From IMG/VR virus record IMGVR_UViG_3300023184_000159, positions 1 through 55,903 of that record: a stretch of 55,903 bases of DNA. The stretch is one strand, 5' to 3'. Positions 1-9,500 of the stretch are shown here, in pieces. Origin of the DNA: a virus (Duplodnaviria > Caudoviricetes). Below the pieces are notes generated by a model, which worked only from the letters and a program-made list of their open reading frames with translations, did no database searches and was not told the DNA's origin. The number at the start of each line of letters is the position of its first letter. The stretch's first letter is position 1. The position numbers and the translations under genes are program-made.

Positions 1-123
1 ACATCCTTTCGGGTAGTAGTTGAGTACTCTTATCGGCAAGAGATTTCCCTCCCTGTGATCCAAAATCCAGGTTTCCGGGCACCAGAACTTAGCAGGTGCG
101 AGCTTTATACCGATTAACTGAGC
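1..123 (-). ncRNA. Candidate structured non-coding RNA or cis-element, truncated at the window edge
   Basis: No ORF. 57 of the first 120 nt are G/C, well above the surroundings. The minus strand forms consecutive hairpins: GCACC/GGTGC, CCTG-GAT/ATC-A-CAGG, CTCTT/AAGAG and CC-GAAA-GG. Family not recognised. Confidence 0.35.
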
Positions 124-552
124 CTAAAGTTTTTTAATTATGTGGGAGCCATGGACACGGACAGAGATTTGTCCGTTATAGTATTCGTTTGATTCTAATA
201 CTTTGCGGTCGAATTGTTCACGGGCCTCAATGTACGATGTTTCTGCTTTGCTTTTACAATAATGTAATATTTCTCTTGTGAAGTTTTCTTTACCAAATAA
301 CTCAACATCTTTGTTAAGTTCTAAGTTTGAGCCATAATAATCTTGCCAATCCGATTCAATTTTACTTCGGATCTTCTTTTTCTTTTTTGTGCCGTTCTTT
401 AACTTTACAGTCTTGTAGGTCGTTTTACTAAATTTTGCTAATTTTTTTCCAACATAGAGCCTGCCTGTGGTATTGCATGAGATAAGATAAACAAATCCCA
501 CGCAATCTTCAGGCAGTTCTGTAACTATAACACCTTTATGATACCAAGTCAT
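124..552 (-). CDS. GIY-YIG family endonuclease, small free-standing type
   Basis: GFVYLI...LYVGKK motif, YYGS, late conserved Glu (YIEA) and YYNG; Lys-rich basic loop. Confidence 0.75.
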   Translation of the reverse strand: MTWYHKGVIVTELPEDCVGFVYLISCNTTGRLYVGKKLAKFSKTTYKTVKLKNGTKKKKKIRSKIESDWQDYYGSNLELNKDVELFGKENFTREILHYCKSKAETSYIEAREQFDRKVLESNEYYNGQISVRVHGSHIIKKL

Positions 553-555
553 TGA

Positions 556-1083
556 TTATTTTTTAACTCCGACAAAATATAAGTCGCAGTGGGCATTGGT
601 GTATTCAAATCTATATTGTTTAAAAATTTCTTCAAAATTCCATTTATCGGTGAAATCTTTAATTGATAAATTTTTATAATAATCAGTGTCGCAAGTAAAT
701 GGACTATCGGTTGGCGTGGTTCTCTTTGTACCATGTTCTCCTCGCCCAATACTTGCACTTGTAACTATAATTAGACCATTGGATGCTGTTAGATTTAACA
801 TGTTTTCAAACGTTTTATCCCATTTTGGATTATGTTCAAAACATTCTGTACTAATAGTAACTCCAAATGGTAGTTCTGATCTATAATCCTCACCAGAACA
901 TACTAAATCAACACCTGGGCCATTTCCTAAGTCAATACCAATATAAGCACAATTTTTAAAAAAATTTCGAACAGTGCCGTTGATATTTAAACTTCCTATT
1001 TCTAAAACACGTTGGCTAGCAAAGTAATTTGGAAATTGAGAAGCAACTCTCTGAATAAAGTCAACTTGTAATGTGTGTGCCAT
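556..1083 (-). CDS. Class I SAM-dependent methyltransferase
   Basis: VLEIGS (motif I), YIGID, GPGVDLV, STECFEH, GLIIVT. Confidence 0.75.
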   Translation of the reverse strand: MAHTLQVDFIQRVASQFPNYFASQRVLEIGSLNINGTVRNFFKNCAYIGIDLGNGPGVDLVCSGEDYRSELPFGVTISTECFEHNPKWDKTFENMLNLTASNGLIIVTSASIGRGEHGTKRTTPTDSPFTCDTDYYKNLSIKDFTDKWNFEEIFKQYRFEYTNAHCDLYFVGVKK

Positions 1084-1088
1084 TATTT

Positions 1089-1286
1089 TTAGCTTTTTGT
1101 TGCCTTGGCTTCCTTGCGAGCATTCTTCTCAGCAGTGATTTCATTGCGGCGGGCTTTGACTGCTTTGGCTAGTTCGCCTAATGCTTTGCGAGCACGAGTA
1201 CCAGCAGCAGCATTACCTGCTGTAAATTTTGCGTCCTCTGATAAGAATGCTTCCATTTGATCTTTAATTTGTTGTGTTGATGACAT
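1089..1286 (-). CDS. Histone H1-like (Hc1 family) nucleoid protein, 65 aa
   Basis: KF..GNAAAGTRARKALGELAKAVKARRNEI signature. Start moved to ATG 1286, which has an AAGGA SD. Confidence 0.75.
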   Translation of the reverse strand: MSSTQQIKDQMEAFLSEDAKFTAGNAAAGTRARKALGELAKAVKARRNEITAEKNARKEAKATKS

Positions 1287-1287
1287 T

Positions 1288-1587
1288 TTATTTTCCTTTA
1301 AGTGGTCTTCCACGTTTCTTTGGCAGAGTTTTTAAGCGAGCACGTTCTTTCTTATCTGCCATATGCCCGGCTTTTACATTTCTTTTATTTTCCGAAGATA
1401 CAGCAATTGAAATTTTTCGCATTTCTCTTTCTAATCTTATCATATGTGTAATAGCTTTGCGAACTTTTGCACCGCTTGCATACGAAGGATATTCTAGAAA
1501 CACTTGATGATAGTTATGCAAATTTACAAAGTGCAATATAAATTCTGAATGTAACTCTTTATATTTGTCTAATTTTTCAGTCGACAT
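1288..1587 (-). CDS. Basic DNA-binding protein; divergent Hc1-like helix plus C-terminal AT-hook-like motif
   Basis: ASGAKVRKAI..M.RL.REMRK parallels the neighbouring Hc1; ends in PKKRGRPLK; coupled to gp46 and Hc1. Confidence 0.5.
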   Translation of the reverse strand: MSTEKLDKYKELHSEFILHFVNLHNYHQVFLEYPSYASGAKVRKAITHMIRLEREMRKISIAVSSENKRNVKAGHMADKKERARLKTLPKKRGRPLKGK

Positions 1588-3355
1588 AATCTACATCATT
1601 AGAATAACTGGTAAAACCGTTTTCTTTAATAACTCTAAGTACATTGTTTACCCTGCCAATTAATTCATCCTTGTGAGATATTAAAAATATATTTTTTGAG
1701 CGTTCTCTGGCCATCTTCTTTAGGACTGCTAATCCAGCTTCTACACCAGCAGCATCCATTCCGGCATCCATAAGTTCGTCTACAAATAATAAATTAATAC
1801 TTTGATACAACCCTTCCCAAACATCTCGGAAAGAGAAACTCATACTTAGAATTAATCGATTACGCTCACCTCTACTTAAATTATCAAAATCTAAATCTTG
1901 CCCAAGCTGAGTAATCTCAATACTTAGGTCGTTTTGGAATACAACTTGATGTGGTAATCCAAGTTTGTCAATATAATAACTCAAACGTTTGTTTAGATAA
2001 CTTAAATTTTGATCAATTATCTTTTTACGAATAAAACTATCTTTGTTAGTTAATAACTTATGTAAGAATTCTTGGTGATCTTTAAGTTTTGTTAAATCAT
2101 TAACTACAATCCAGTTAATTTCTTGGATAGCAGTTTTTTTAAGTTCTTGTATTTGTTCTTGATAAGGGTTTAATTCATCTGCCCGGGTAGTTAAACTTTT
2201 TTCAAGACTATCTAAGTTGTTCTTGTGACCTAATGCTTCTGCTTCAGTATCGTAAAATGTATTAGGTCTTAAAGGAATATCACCTGTACCTATTTCGTCT
2301 ATTATTTTTTCTAAATTTTGAAATACTGTATTGTAATATTTTGTTGCCTCGTTCAGATGTTGTACTGCTTCATTGGTCATTTCTTCATGTTTGTGATCAT
2401 GAAGTTCTTGTTCGCAAGCATGGCATTTTTTATTTTCTAGACTTGATAATTCTTTCTCATACTTCTTAACAGATTTTTCAGCTTGCCCAAGGGCAGCATC
2501 TAATGTTGCTCGCTGTTTATTAAGACCTTGTATTTTTGTATTATGTTCATTCCACAATTTAAGTTGAATATGTGCTGCTAGCTCTGCTTCAATATCAACT
2601 GTTTCAAGACGCATCATAGCCCTACCGATGTTTTCTACGTCATCGTTTTTCTTAGTTTCCCATGCACTACTTTTAATGCCCAAACTATCAATGCTTTTTT
2701 GTACATTTTCGTTGGCAGCTTTAATGCCTTCTATCTTAAATGTTTCTTGTTGAATACTATCTTTAGTATCTTTGATTAGTAGTTTAAGTGCTTCTGCCTT
2801 CTCACTTAGCAAAGTAATACCTAGTAATTGCTCAATAACTTCACGCTGTTCTGCAGCCTTCATTGACAAAAACGGTTCAGTATAGGTGTTTAACGCAACT
2901 AAATGCTTGAACATAGTATGGCTCATTTCTAGCATCTGTTCAATGGCCTTTTGCGTTTCTCTACTATCTCCTTGACTATCGTCTTCTGATTCTTCAGTTT
3001 TTAGCTGATTATCATTGACAAATAGCTTGAGTATATTAGGCTTACGACCCCGTTCAATACGGTATTTTACACCATGTTTTTCAAACTCAACAGTGGCTAA
3101 CATAGCTTTACCATTGGTTTTATTAATTAAATTCTCTTTTTTAATATTAGTTAGAGCTTGCCCATATAATGCATAAGATAAAGCATTAACAATGGTAGTT
3201 TTACCCGTGCCATTACGCGATCCAGTATCGTCTCCGCCTAGATCAAGATTAGATCCTAGCACCAAAGTTAGTGCTTGTTTTTCAAAGTCCACTGCTTGAG
3301 TCTGGTTGCCCACACTCATAAAATTTTTCACGGTAAGATTTTTTATTTTAAACAT
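1577..3355 (-). CDS. gp46: Recombination ATPase subunit (Rad50/SbcC, T4 gp46-like)
   Basis: Walker A NGTGKTT, coiled coil with CHAC zinc hook, LSRGE signature, Walker B LLFVDE, ISH. Confidence 0.93.
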   Translation of the reverse strand: MFKIKNLTVKNFMSVGNQTQAVDFEKQALTLVLGSNLDLGGDDTGSRNGTGKTTIVNALSYALYGQALTNIKKENLINKTNGKAMLATVEFEKHGVKYRIERGRKPNILKLFVNDNQLKTEESEDDSQGDSRETQKAIEQMLEMSHTMFKHLVALNTYTEPFLSMKAAEQREVIEQLLGITLLSEKAEALKLLIKDTKDSIQQETFKIEGIKAANENVQKSIDSLGIKSSAWETKKNDDVENIGRAMMRLETVDIEAELAAHIQLKLWNEHNTKIQGLNKQRATLDAALGQAEKSVKKYEKELSSLENKKCHACEQELHDHKHEEMTNEAVQHLNEATKYYNTVFQNLEKIIDEIGTGDIPLRPNTFYDTEAEALGHKNNLDSLEKSLTTRADELNPYQEQIQELKKTAIQEINWIVVNDLTKLKDHQEFLHKLLTNKDSFIRKKIIDQNLSYLNKRLSYYIDKLGLPHQVVFQNDLSIEITQLGQDLDFDNLSRGERNRLILSMSFSFRDVWEGLYQSINLLFVDELMDAGMDAAGVEAGLAVLKKMARERSKNIFLISHKDELIGRVNNVLRVIKENGFTSYSNDVDYVD

Positions 3356-4368
3356 TAGAGGTTGTTATAAATTTCTAATAAAGTTGTTTTGTCAAACTGT
3401 TCTGATTCAATATTAATCAATTGTTCTGTGACAATGTGATCCACGCTTTCAAAAGTACCATCTGGATTATCGTCTATGGTACCTTCTAAGTTAGTTTTAT
3501 CTTGGATAAGACTAATCTCACGTATATCATAGTCACGAATAAATGTTTCTTTGATAAAGTTTGCTTCTTCAAAACTAATATCAATGTCAAGATTCACTTT
3601 AATATGCATCTTTGACTTCATAATTGTATCAGCATTGTCAATTAAATCACTGAGTTTAACTGATCTATACTTAGGACAGTTAGGCCAGTCAATAAAATTA
3701 GGTTCGCCGCCCCATTCTAACGTCATCATACCGCGTTTATCATCTCCTGCATCTGAGAAGTTATGTGGAAACGCATTACCGATATAAATCACCTTGTTAT
3801 TTTCTTGACGTTTGTGGAAGTGTCCGCTGAATATATAGTCAGGACCATTAAAGTCTTCTGCTCTGAGCTCACCGTGATCGGGCATTTGTACCATAGCGTT
3901 CATAAAGAACTTAGGTAATTCAAAGTGACCAAATACATATTTGCTTTTAATGTTTTTCATGGTCTTCCACTCATCACCTATCAACCAAGGTACAAGTGTG
4001 ACATCATCCCGGGTCCATATACTGTCTACAACAGTGACGCCTGGAATGTGCCGACCAAAAGCACTCGAATGAATGTCACGCTTGTCTTTGTAGAACAGAT
4101 CATGATTACCCGGGAACCAATAGAACTGTTCAAATGCTGCACCAAGTTTTTCTAGGCAGCGTAAACTGCTATCTAGTGTGAATAAGTTTAGACTGTTACG
4201 GTTGTGACTCCAGTCACCCAAGAAGATTGCTGTTTCACATCCAGCAACTTTGGCTTCTTGGATAAACCAATCAACAAATTCTTCACAATCTTTTAAGTGT
4301 GATGTTGAATTGGATTTTAGACCAAAATGTATATCAGTGAAACACGCTACCTTTTTAAACAATGGCAT
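3355..4368 (-). CDS. gp47: Recombination nuclease subunit (Mre11/SbcD, T4 gp47-like)
   Basis: Metallophosphoesterase motifs DIHFG, GD, GNHD, GHF, SGHFH; adjacent to gp46. Confidence 0.93.
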   Translation of the reverse strand: MPLFKKVACFTDIHFGLKSNSTSHLKDCEEFVDWFIQEAKVAGCETAIFLGDWSHNRNSLNLFTLDSSLRCLEKLGAAFEQFYWFPGNHDLFYKDKRDIHSSAFGRHIPGVTVVDSIWTRDDVTLVPWLIGDEWKTMKNIKSKYVFGHFELPKFFMNAMVQMPDHGELRAEDFNGPDYIFSGHFHKRQENNKVIYIGNAFPHNFSDAGDDKRGMMTLEWGGEPNFIDWPNCPKYRSVKLSDLIDNADTIMKSKMHIKVNLDIDISFEEANFIKETFIRDYDIREISLIQDKTNLEGTIDDNPDGTFESVDHIVTEQLINIESEQFDKTTLLEIYNNL

Positions 4369-4388
4369 TAAATATTCTCCTATCTACG

Positions 4389-4417
4389 AGTTTACATACT
4401 CTGTAGATAAAAGTCAA
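4389..4417 (-). promoter_or_regulatory. Sigma70-type promoter for gp47/gp46
   Basis: TTGACT-17 nt-TAAACT, followed by an AGGAG SD. Confidence 0.6.
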
Positions 4418-5328
4418 ATCTCAGTTTGCTCATCTTCTTCGATGCTAGTTTCTTCTGATTTAGGTTGTCTAAAATGTTTATACAGTTCGGCCTGACGAGC
4501 AGTTTCTTCTGCATATTCTTGTTGATATTGTCGAGTCATACTTGGAGTTAATCCTGCTTCCTCTAGCATATCATCTCTAATGTTTTGATTTTTCTTTTCA
4601 ATATTTAGAACACGGGTAAATGAATTTGTAACTGCTGCGGTGTAGTAGGCAAATGGATTTTCTGATTTACTCTCATCAAACTGTAGTCCAATTTGACTTA
4701 GTTGTAAGATAGCCTGTCCACGCATTTCTTCATTGTAGGTATAACCACGCCAATTGCTACGTTGAGCATAACGCTCACTTAGTTTAATAAACATCTTACC
4801 TAAATTTTCAGTAATACGTCCGTGCTCTTTGCTAAACTTACCAGTATCAATTGGTCCTTTCCAGTGACTTTTACCTACACATATTAATTCATCTTGATCA
4901 TTAAACTTCCAATGTTGGAAAGGTGGAAAGTTTACTTTCTCGTGACTATCAGCAGTATTCTTTAAAGTTTTCTTACGACCCGGTGCCATTGGAACGTGTT
5001 CAAATGTCATTATACGGATAACAATATCAGTTTTAGCAATGGTTTTATAGTCTGCTGTGCATTCCGCAAGTTTAATTTTTTTATCCCCTGCAATTCTAGC
5101 CTGTCCAAATGCTAGTATCCCCTGCCGTTTTGCACGATTACGTTTAGCTTCTGCTATAGTTCTAATATTAATCTTATCTAAATTTGTTAATATAATGTCG
5201 TGTTGTTGATATTCGAGCGATGTATAGCTGCTAAATGAGCATTTACTTTTATGAATTTCTGATAATAAATCTCGATTGTTTAGGTATTTTACCTTTTTTC
5301 CAGTCAGGGATATATGTGTAGTAGTCAT
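4414..5328 (-). CDS. gp55: Late-transcription sigma factor (T4 gp55-like)
   Basis: YLNNRDL, NWRGYTYNEEM, FDESKSENPFAYYT, EKK motifs; T4-like order 55-47-46. Confidence 0.8.
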   Translation of the reverse strand: MTTTHISLTGKKVKYLNNRDLLSEIHKSKCSFSSYTSLEYQQHDIILTNLDKINIRTIAEAKRNRAKRQGILAFGQARIAGDKKIKLAECTADYKTIAKTDIVIRIMTFEHVPMAPGRKKTLKNTADSHEKVNFPPFQHWKFNDQDELICVGKSHWKGPIDTGKFSKEHGRITENLGKMFIKLSERYAQRSNWRGYTYNEEMRGQAILQLSQIGLQFDESKSENPFAYYTAAVTNSFTRVLNIEKKNQNIRDDMLEEAGLTPSMTRQYQQEYAEETARQAELYKHFRQPKSEETSIEEDEQTEI

Positions 5329-5356
5329 TATTATTGTTATTCTCCTTGGTTACAAC

Positions 5357-5384
5357 ATTATAACATTTATTATTCAAATGTCAA
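5357..5384 (-). promoter_or_regulatory. Sigma70-type promoter for the gp55-like gene
   Basis: TTGACA-16 nt-TATAAT with an extended -10 TG, then an AAGGAG SD. Confidence 0.7.
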
Positions 5385-5417
5385 CGATAATGTTATAAGA
5401 GCACATTATTTATTGGT

Positions 5418-5423
5418 TAAATA
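5418..5423 (+). promoter_or_regulatory. Putative late promoter (TAAATA) at the start of the structural module
   Basis: Core of the T4 late consensus, 24 nt before ATG 5447; the motif recurs before other structural genes. Confidence 0.45.
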
Positions 5424-5446
5424 TACTATATAAGGAAATATAAATT

Positions 5447-6250
5447 ATGGCAAATCCCTTCACCGCTGTGATGTCTTCCAATGCCACCGCCGCTATTGCT
5501 GCTGCTAAAGACAGACAAGTTCCTCCTCCAGGAGAACGTCTTGTTCCTGGAGTTCCAATGGGTGCAATGCCCGCTATGCCAGACACAACATCACTTGATC
5601 GAGTAGTAGTTATTGGAAAATATGGAAATCAAGACATTCTTAAACATACTACTGAGCAACGAGTTAGAATAAAAGTTCCTCCTAAATATTTGGTAAAATA
5701 TACATCAGGAAGTGGTGCTGAGGAATTAAGCGATGACAGTGGGTTTGGTGGCATTGTATTTCCTTATACGCCGACTATTTCTTATGGTGTAAAAGCAGAC
5801 TGGTCAGAAATAAAACCACTACATTCAAATTTTAATATTCCGTTTTATCAAAGAAGTAGTGTAGGTGAAATTTCTATTAATGGACAATTCACGGTAGAAA
5901 ATAGTAAAGATGCAGCAGTCTATCTATCTACTGTACATTTATTAAGAGCATTAACAAAGATGAGATTTGGAGGAGCTACCAACGGAGATGCAGATAGCGG
6001 AGCACCTCCTCCAATTTGCCGTTTATTTGCATTTGGTACAAATATGTTATCAAATGTTCCAATAGCAATTACCGGTGTACGTATTGAGTTACCTAATAAT
6101 TGTGATTATTTTAGTTTAAATGGTACTAATAGTGTACCAACTATATCTACTTTGTCTATAACATGCATACCAGTATACAGTAGAAAAGAAATGCAAAACT
6201 TCTCTGTAACCAAATATTTAAATAGAGATTATAATGAAGGATACATTTAA
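5447..6250 (+). CDS. Tail tube initiator / tube-fold baseplate protein (gp48/gp54-like)
   Basis: FPYTPTI and PPPICRLFAFG...NVPIAI patterns typical of tube-fold initiators; directly before a LysM-like wedge gene. Confidence 0.55.
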   Translation: MANPFTAVMSSNATAAIAAAKDRQVPPPGERLVPGVPMGAMPAMPDTTSLDRVVVIGKYGNQDILKHTTEQRVRIKVPPKYLVKYTSGSGAEELSDDSGFGGIVFPYTPTISYGVKADWSEIKPLHSNFNIPFYQRSSVGEISINGQFTVENSKDAAVYLSTVHLLRALTKMRFGGATNGDADSGAPPPICRLFAFGTNMLSNVPIAITGVRIELPNNCDYFSLNGTNSVPTISTLSITCIPVYSRKEMQNFSVTKYLNRDYNEGYI

Positions 6251-6543
6251 TGTACAATAAAACTAGTCCTTATTACACTACTCAGTTACTTAATGGGTAT
6301 CTTGATGTTATGTCATTTAGAGATATTCCTTATCAAACAGATGACATATTATTTGAAGTAACCAATACCTATGAAAATAGGCCAGATTTACTTGCCTATG
6401 ATTTGTATCAAGATGCTTCGCTTTGGTGGGTATTTGCCATGCGTAATAAATCAAAAATTAAAGATCCAGTGTTTGATATGGTAGCCGGTGCAAAGATATA
6501 CTTACCTAAATTATCTACACTTAATTCTGTATTAGGAATCTAA
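6250..6543 (+). CDS. gp53: Baseplate wedge protein, LysM-like (T4 gp53-like)
   Basis: RPDLLAYDLY...LWWVFAMRN...IYLP signature. Confidence 0.8.
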   Translation: MYNKTSPYYTTQLLNGYLDVMSFRDIPYQTDDILFEVTNTYENRPDLLAYDLYQDASLWWVFAMRNKSKIKDPVFDMVAGAKIYLPKLSTLNSVLGI

Positions 6544-6544
6544 T

Positions 6545-9500
6545 ATGGCAACTGGAAATTTTATGGTTCCTGGAAGGGTAAGTCCTGCTGAACAAAAAGC
6601 AGGTGATGCTGCTGCCGCCGCAAAAAATACTCGTGGCGGATTCACTGGATCTGACAATAATGAACGTAAAACGGAGCCTGAGAAAAAAGACCCAAACAAC
6701 GATATAGTAAAAATATCAGGCGAAAGTAATATTTTCAATGGTTATAGATCTATCACATATACTTTTACATTAGCAGCCCTTGAAAAACGTCACCTTGACG
6801 ATCCCGAATCATACAGAAAAGATGATTTTAATTTACAATTAATTATTTTGAAGTCCGGCGGCAAAGGCGAGGCCCTGATGAAAAGAACTTTGTCCACCGA
6901 TGGTCCTCAATTTAATGAGTTAGCAAATAAACAAGTAGGAACTGGTAGTGAAAAAGCTCGGCGAAACCCTGGTCCTCAAACTCATAGTGCTAACTATTAT
7001 GCTGATAAATTTATGGAAGGATTTAATACAAACAGTCCTGGTAGATTTGATATGTTCATGGAAAATGTAGAAATTGAAAGTATAATGGCTCCTAGCGAAA
7101 AGACAAATTCAACTACTGCTATGAAAATTAAGTTTGATGTAATTGAACCATATAGCATCAATGGATTTATAGAAGCAATACATACTGCCGCTGTTGCTGC
7201 AGGTTTTCCTAGTTATCAAAATGCCCCATTTTTACTTAAATTAGAATTTTGGGGATATCCAGACAATGAAGATTTTCCAGATCCTGTAAAGATTCCTTAT
7301 AGTACTAGATACTATCCAATGTCAATTACAGAGTGTAACATTGAGATAACTGAAAAAGGTACTTTATATAGATGTAATGCCGTACCTTATAATGAAAGAT
7401 CATTTGGACATCCTAACATGGTTAAGAAACCTATAAAGATGCAAGGAAAAACAGTTGGAGAAATTCTAAAAAATTTATTCAAAGCACTTGATGAGACTTC
7501 TAAAGAAATTCAAGAAATTGAAAATAAAGAAGCTGGTATTACATCTAAAGAATGGGATAGATATGACATTCAGTTTCCTACCTGGAGTGATACAGCTGGG
7601 TGGGTTACTTCTAATAATAGTAAAATATCTGGCAGCAAAATGGGTAGTATTCTTACAGACCCGTTATTAGTGGGCATGAATAAGCCCGAAGACACATCAC
7701 AGTCAAATGGATATAGTGCAAATGATTCAAAAAAACCCAAAGAAGGTGATCCACCACCATCTGTTAAATTTAAACCTGGTCAATCTGTTATACAATTTGA
7801 TCAAGATACAAACATTAGCGAAATTATAACTGCTGTTGTTAGAGATAGTGAGTATGCTAAAGATCTATTAAAAGGTCTAATTGAAAAAAAACCAGGTATA
7901 CCTGATCAATATGGTTTTATAGATTATTGGATGATTAGAATAGAAACTACAAACTCTACCGAAATGAATGAGTTGGGTAAAAAACCCTTTCAAAAATTTA
8001 CATACATTGTTCAGCCATATAAAGTTCATTACACTCGAATACCAGGTTATGGAAGAGAACGTATCAATGAAAAAGACTTACAAAAAATAAGTAATCGAGA
8101 ATATAACTTTATCTATACAGGAAAAAATATCGATGTTCTTAATTTTAAATTAAATTTTAATAATTTATTCTTTGAAGCAGTTCCTGTGAATAATGGAAAC
8201 AAACCTACTGCTGGAAAAAATGGTGGGGCTGCTCCAGCTAATACTACCAAGGTTAAACTAAATTCAAAACCTTCAACTCCTTCTGGTAACAATAGAGAGC
8301 AAGGGCAGGTACCCGATCCTGCTGTTAAGATATTATCTACAAAAATACAAGCCTATGGAGGTAATGCATCACAACCCGAAGAGGATCCTTTTCAATTATT
8401 AGCTAGAACTATGCATAACTCAGTGATTAATTCTAAGGCTAGTATGTTAACAGGAGACCTTGAAATTTTAGGAGATCCGTTTTATCTTGCAGGTGCAGGT
8501 GCAGGCAATTGGAATCCTAAACCTTCTACTAGAGGAAAAACATTATCCGGTGAAATAAATCACATTTATGCAGCGGTTCTTATTACTATTAATTTTAGAA
8601 ATCCTGAAGATATTAATAGTTTTGAAGATGGCGGTATGATGAAATTTGATAGTAATCGTGTACCCTTTAGTGGTGTTTATCAAGTAACCACAGTTATCAG
8701 CACATTTAAAGACGGTATATTCAAACAAAAATTAGATGTTCTAAGAATGCCAGGTCAAGTATTAGATTCGGATCTTCGTAGCAGTGATCCGTCGGATAGA
8801 ATGTCTACCTCACCTAAACCAGGTTCTCAAGTTGTACCTGACGAAACCAGAGCACAAAGTTTTGAACAACGAGCAGATTCTAGATCAGTAGAAACAATAC
8901 TTGATAGAGGCCTGCCAGATCAAACTACAAATTTTACAGGTGCAAGTGGAGGATTAGGGGGTGCTCCGCAATTTTTACCAAGCAATGCATCGTCGGTAGC
9001 AATGCTTCCCACAGTATTAAATCAAACTCCAGGATTAACATCTTTGCCACTAAATGCATCACCAGTAATTGGAACATCATTACCTACGGATTTAACTTCT
9101 AACATAAGATTAAACACGTCAGGGCTTACTTCATTAAGTCAAAGTGCGTTAAAAGTATTAGGTGCAGCAGCATCTATATCGGCGGCTGCAAATATAGTAC
9201 AAGGTGCATTTACAAAAGACGGACTAACAGGATTAATTGGTGGATCATTAGCAGCTACCGCAATCAGTGCAGCACGTAATATTTCTAATCCTGGATCAGG
9301 AATAGGCAAGGGTGCTAGTGTTTTAATAAATCCTAGTTCTTCTTTACCATCAGCACCTACTGCCAATGATATTAAACAAGGATTAAATATTGATTCTAAT
9401 ACATTATCAGTTGGTTCTATATCTAAAACATCCGCATTTGCAACAGGTATACCCAATTCATTAACTGGTATACCCGGTGGGGCTGATAGTCTTATAAATG

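Noticed and set aside
124-552. GIY-YIG gene as a mobile homing endonuclease
   Set aside because: Only 142 aa, no recognisable C-terminal DNA-binding repeats and no interrupted host gene in view; mobility cannot be supported.
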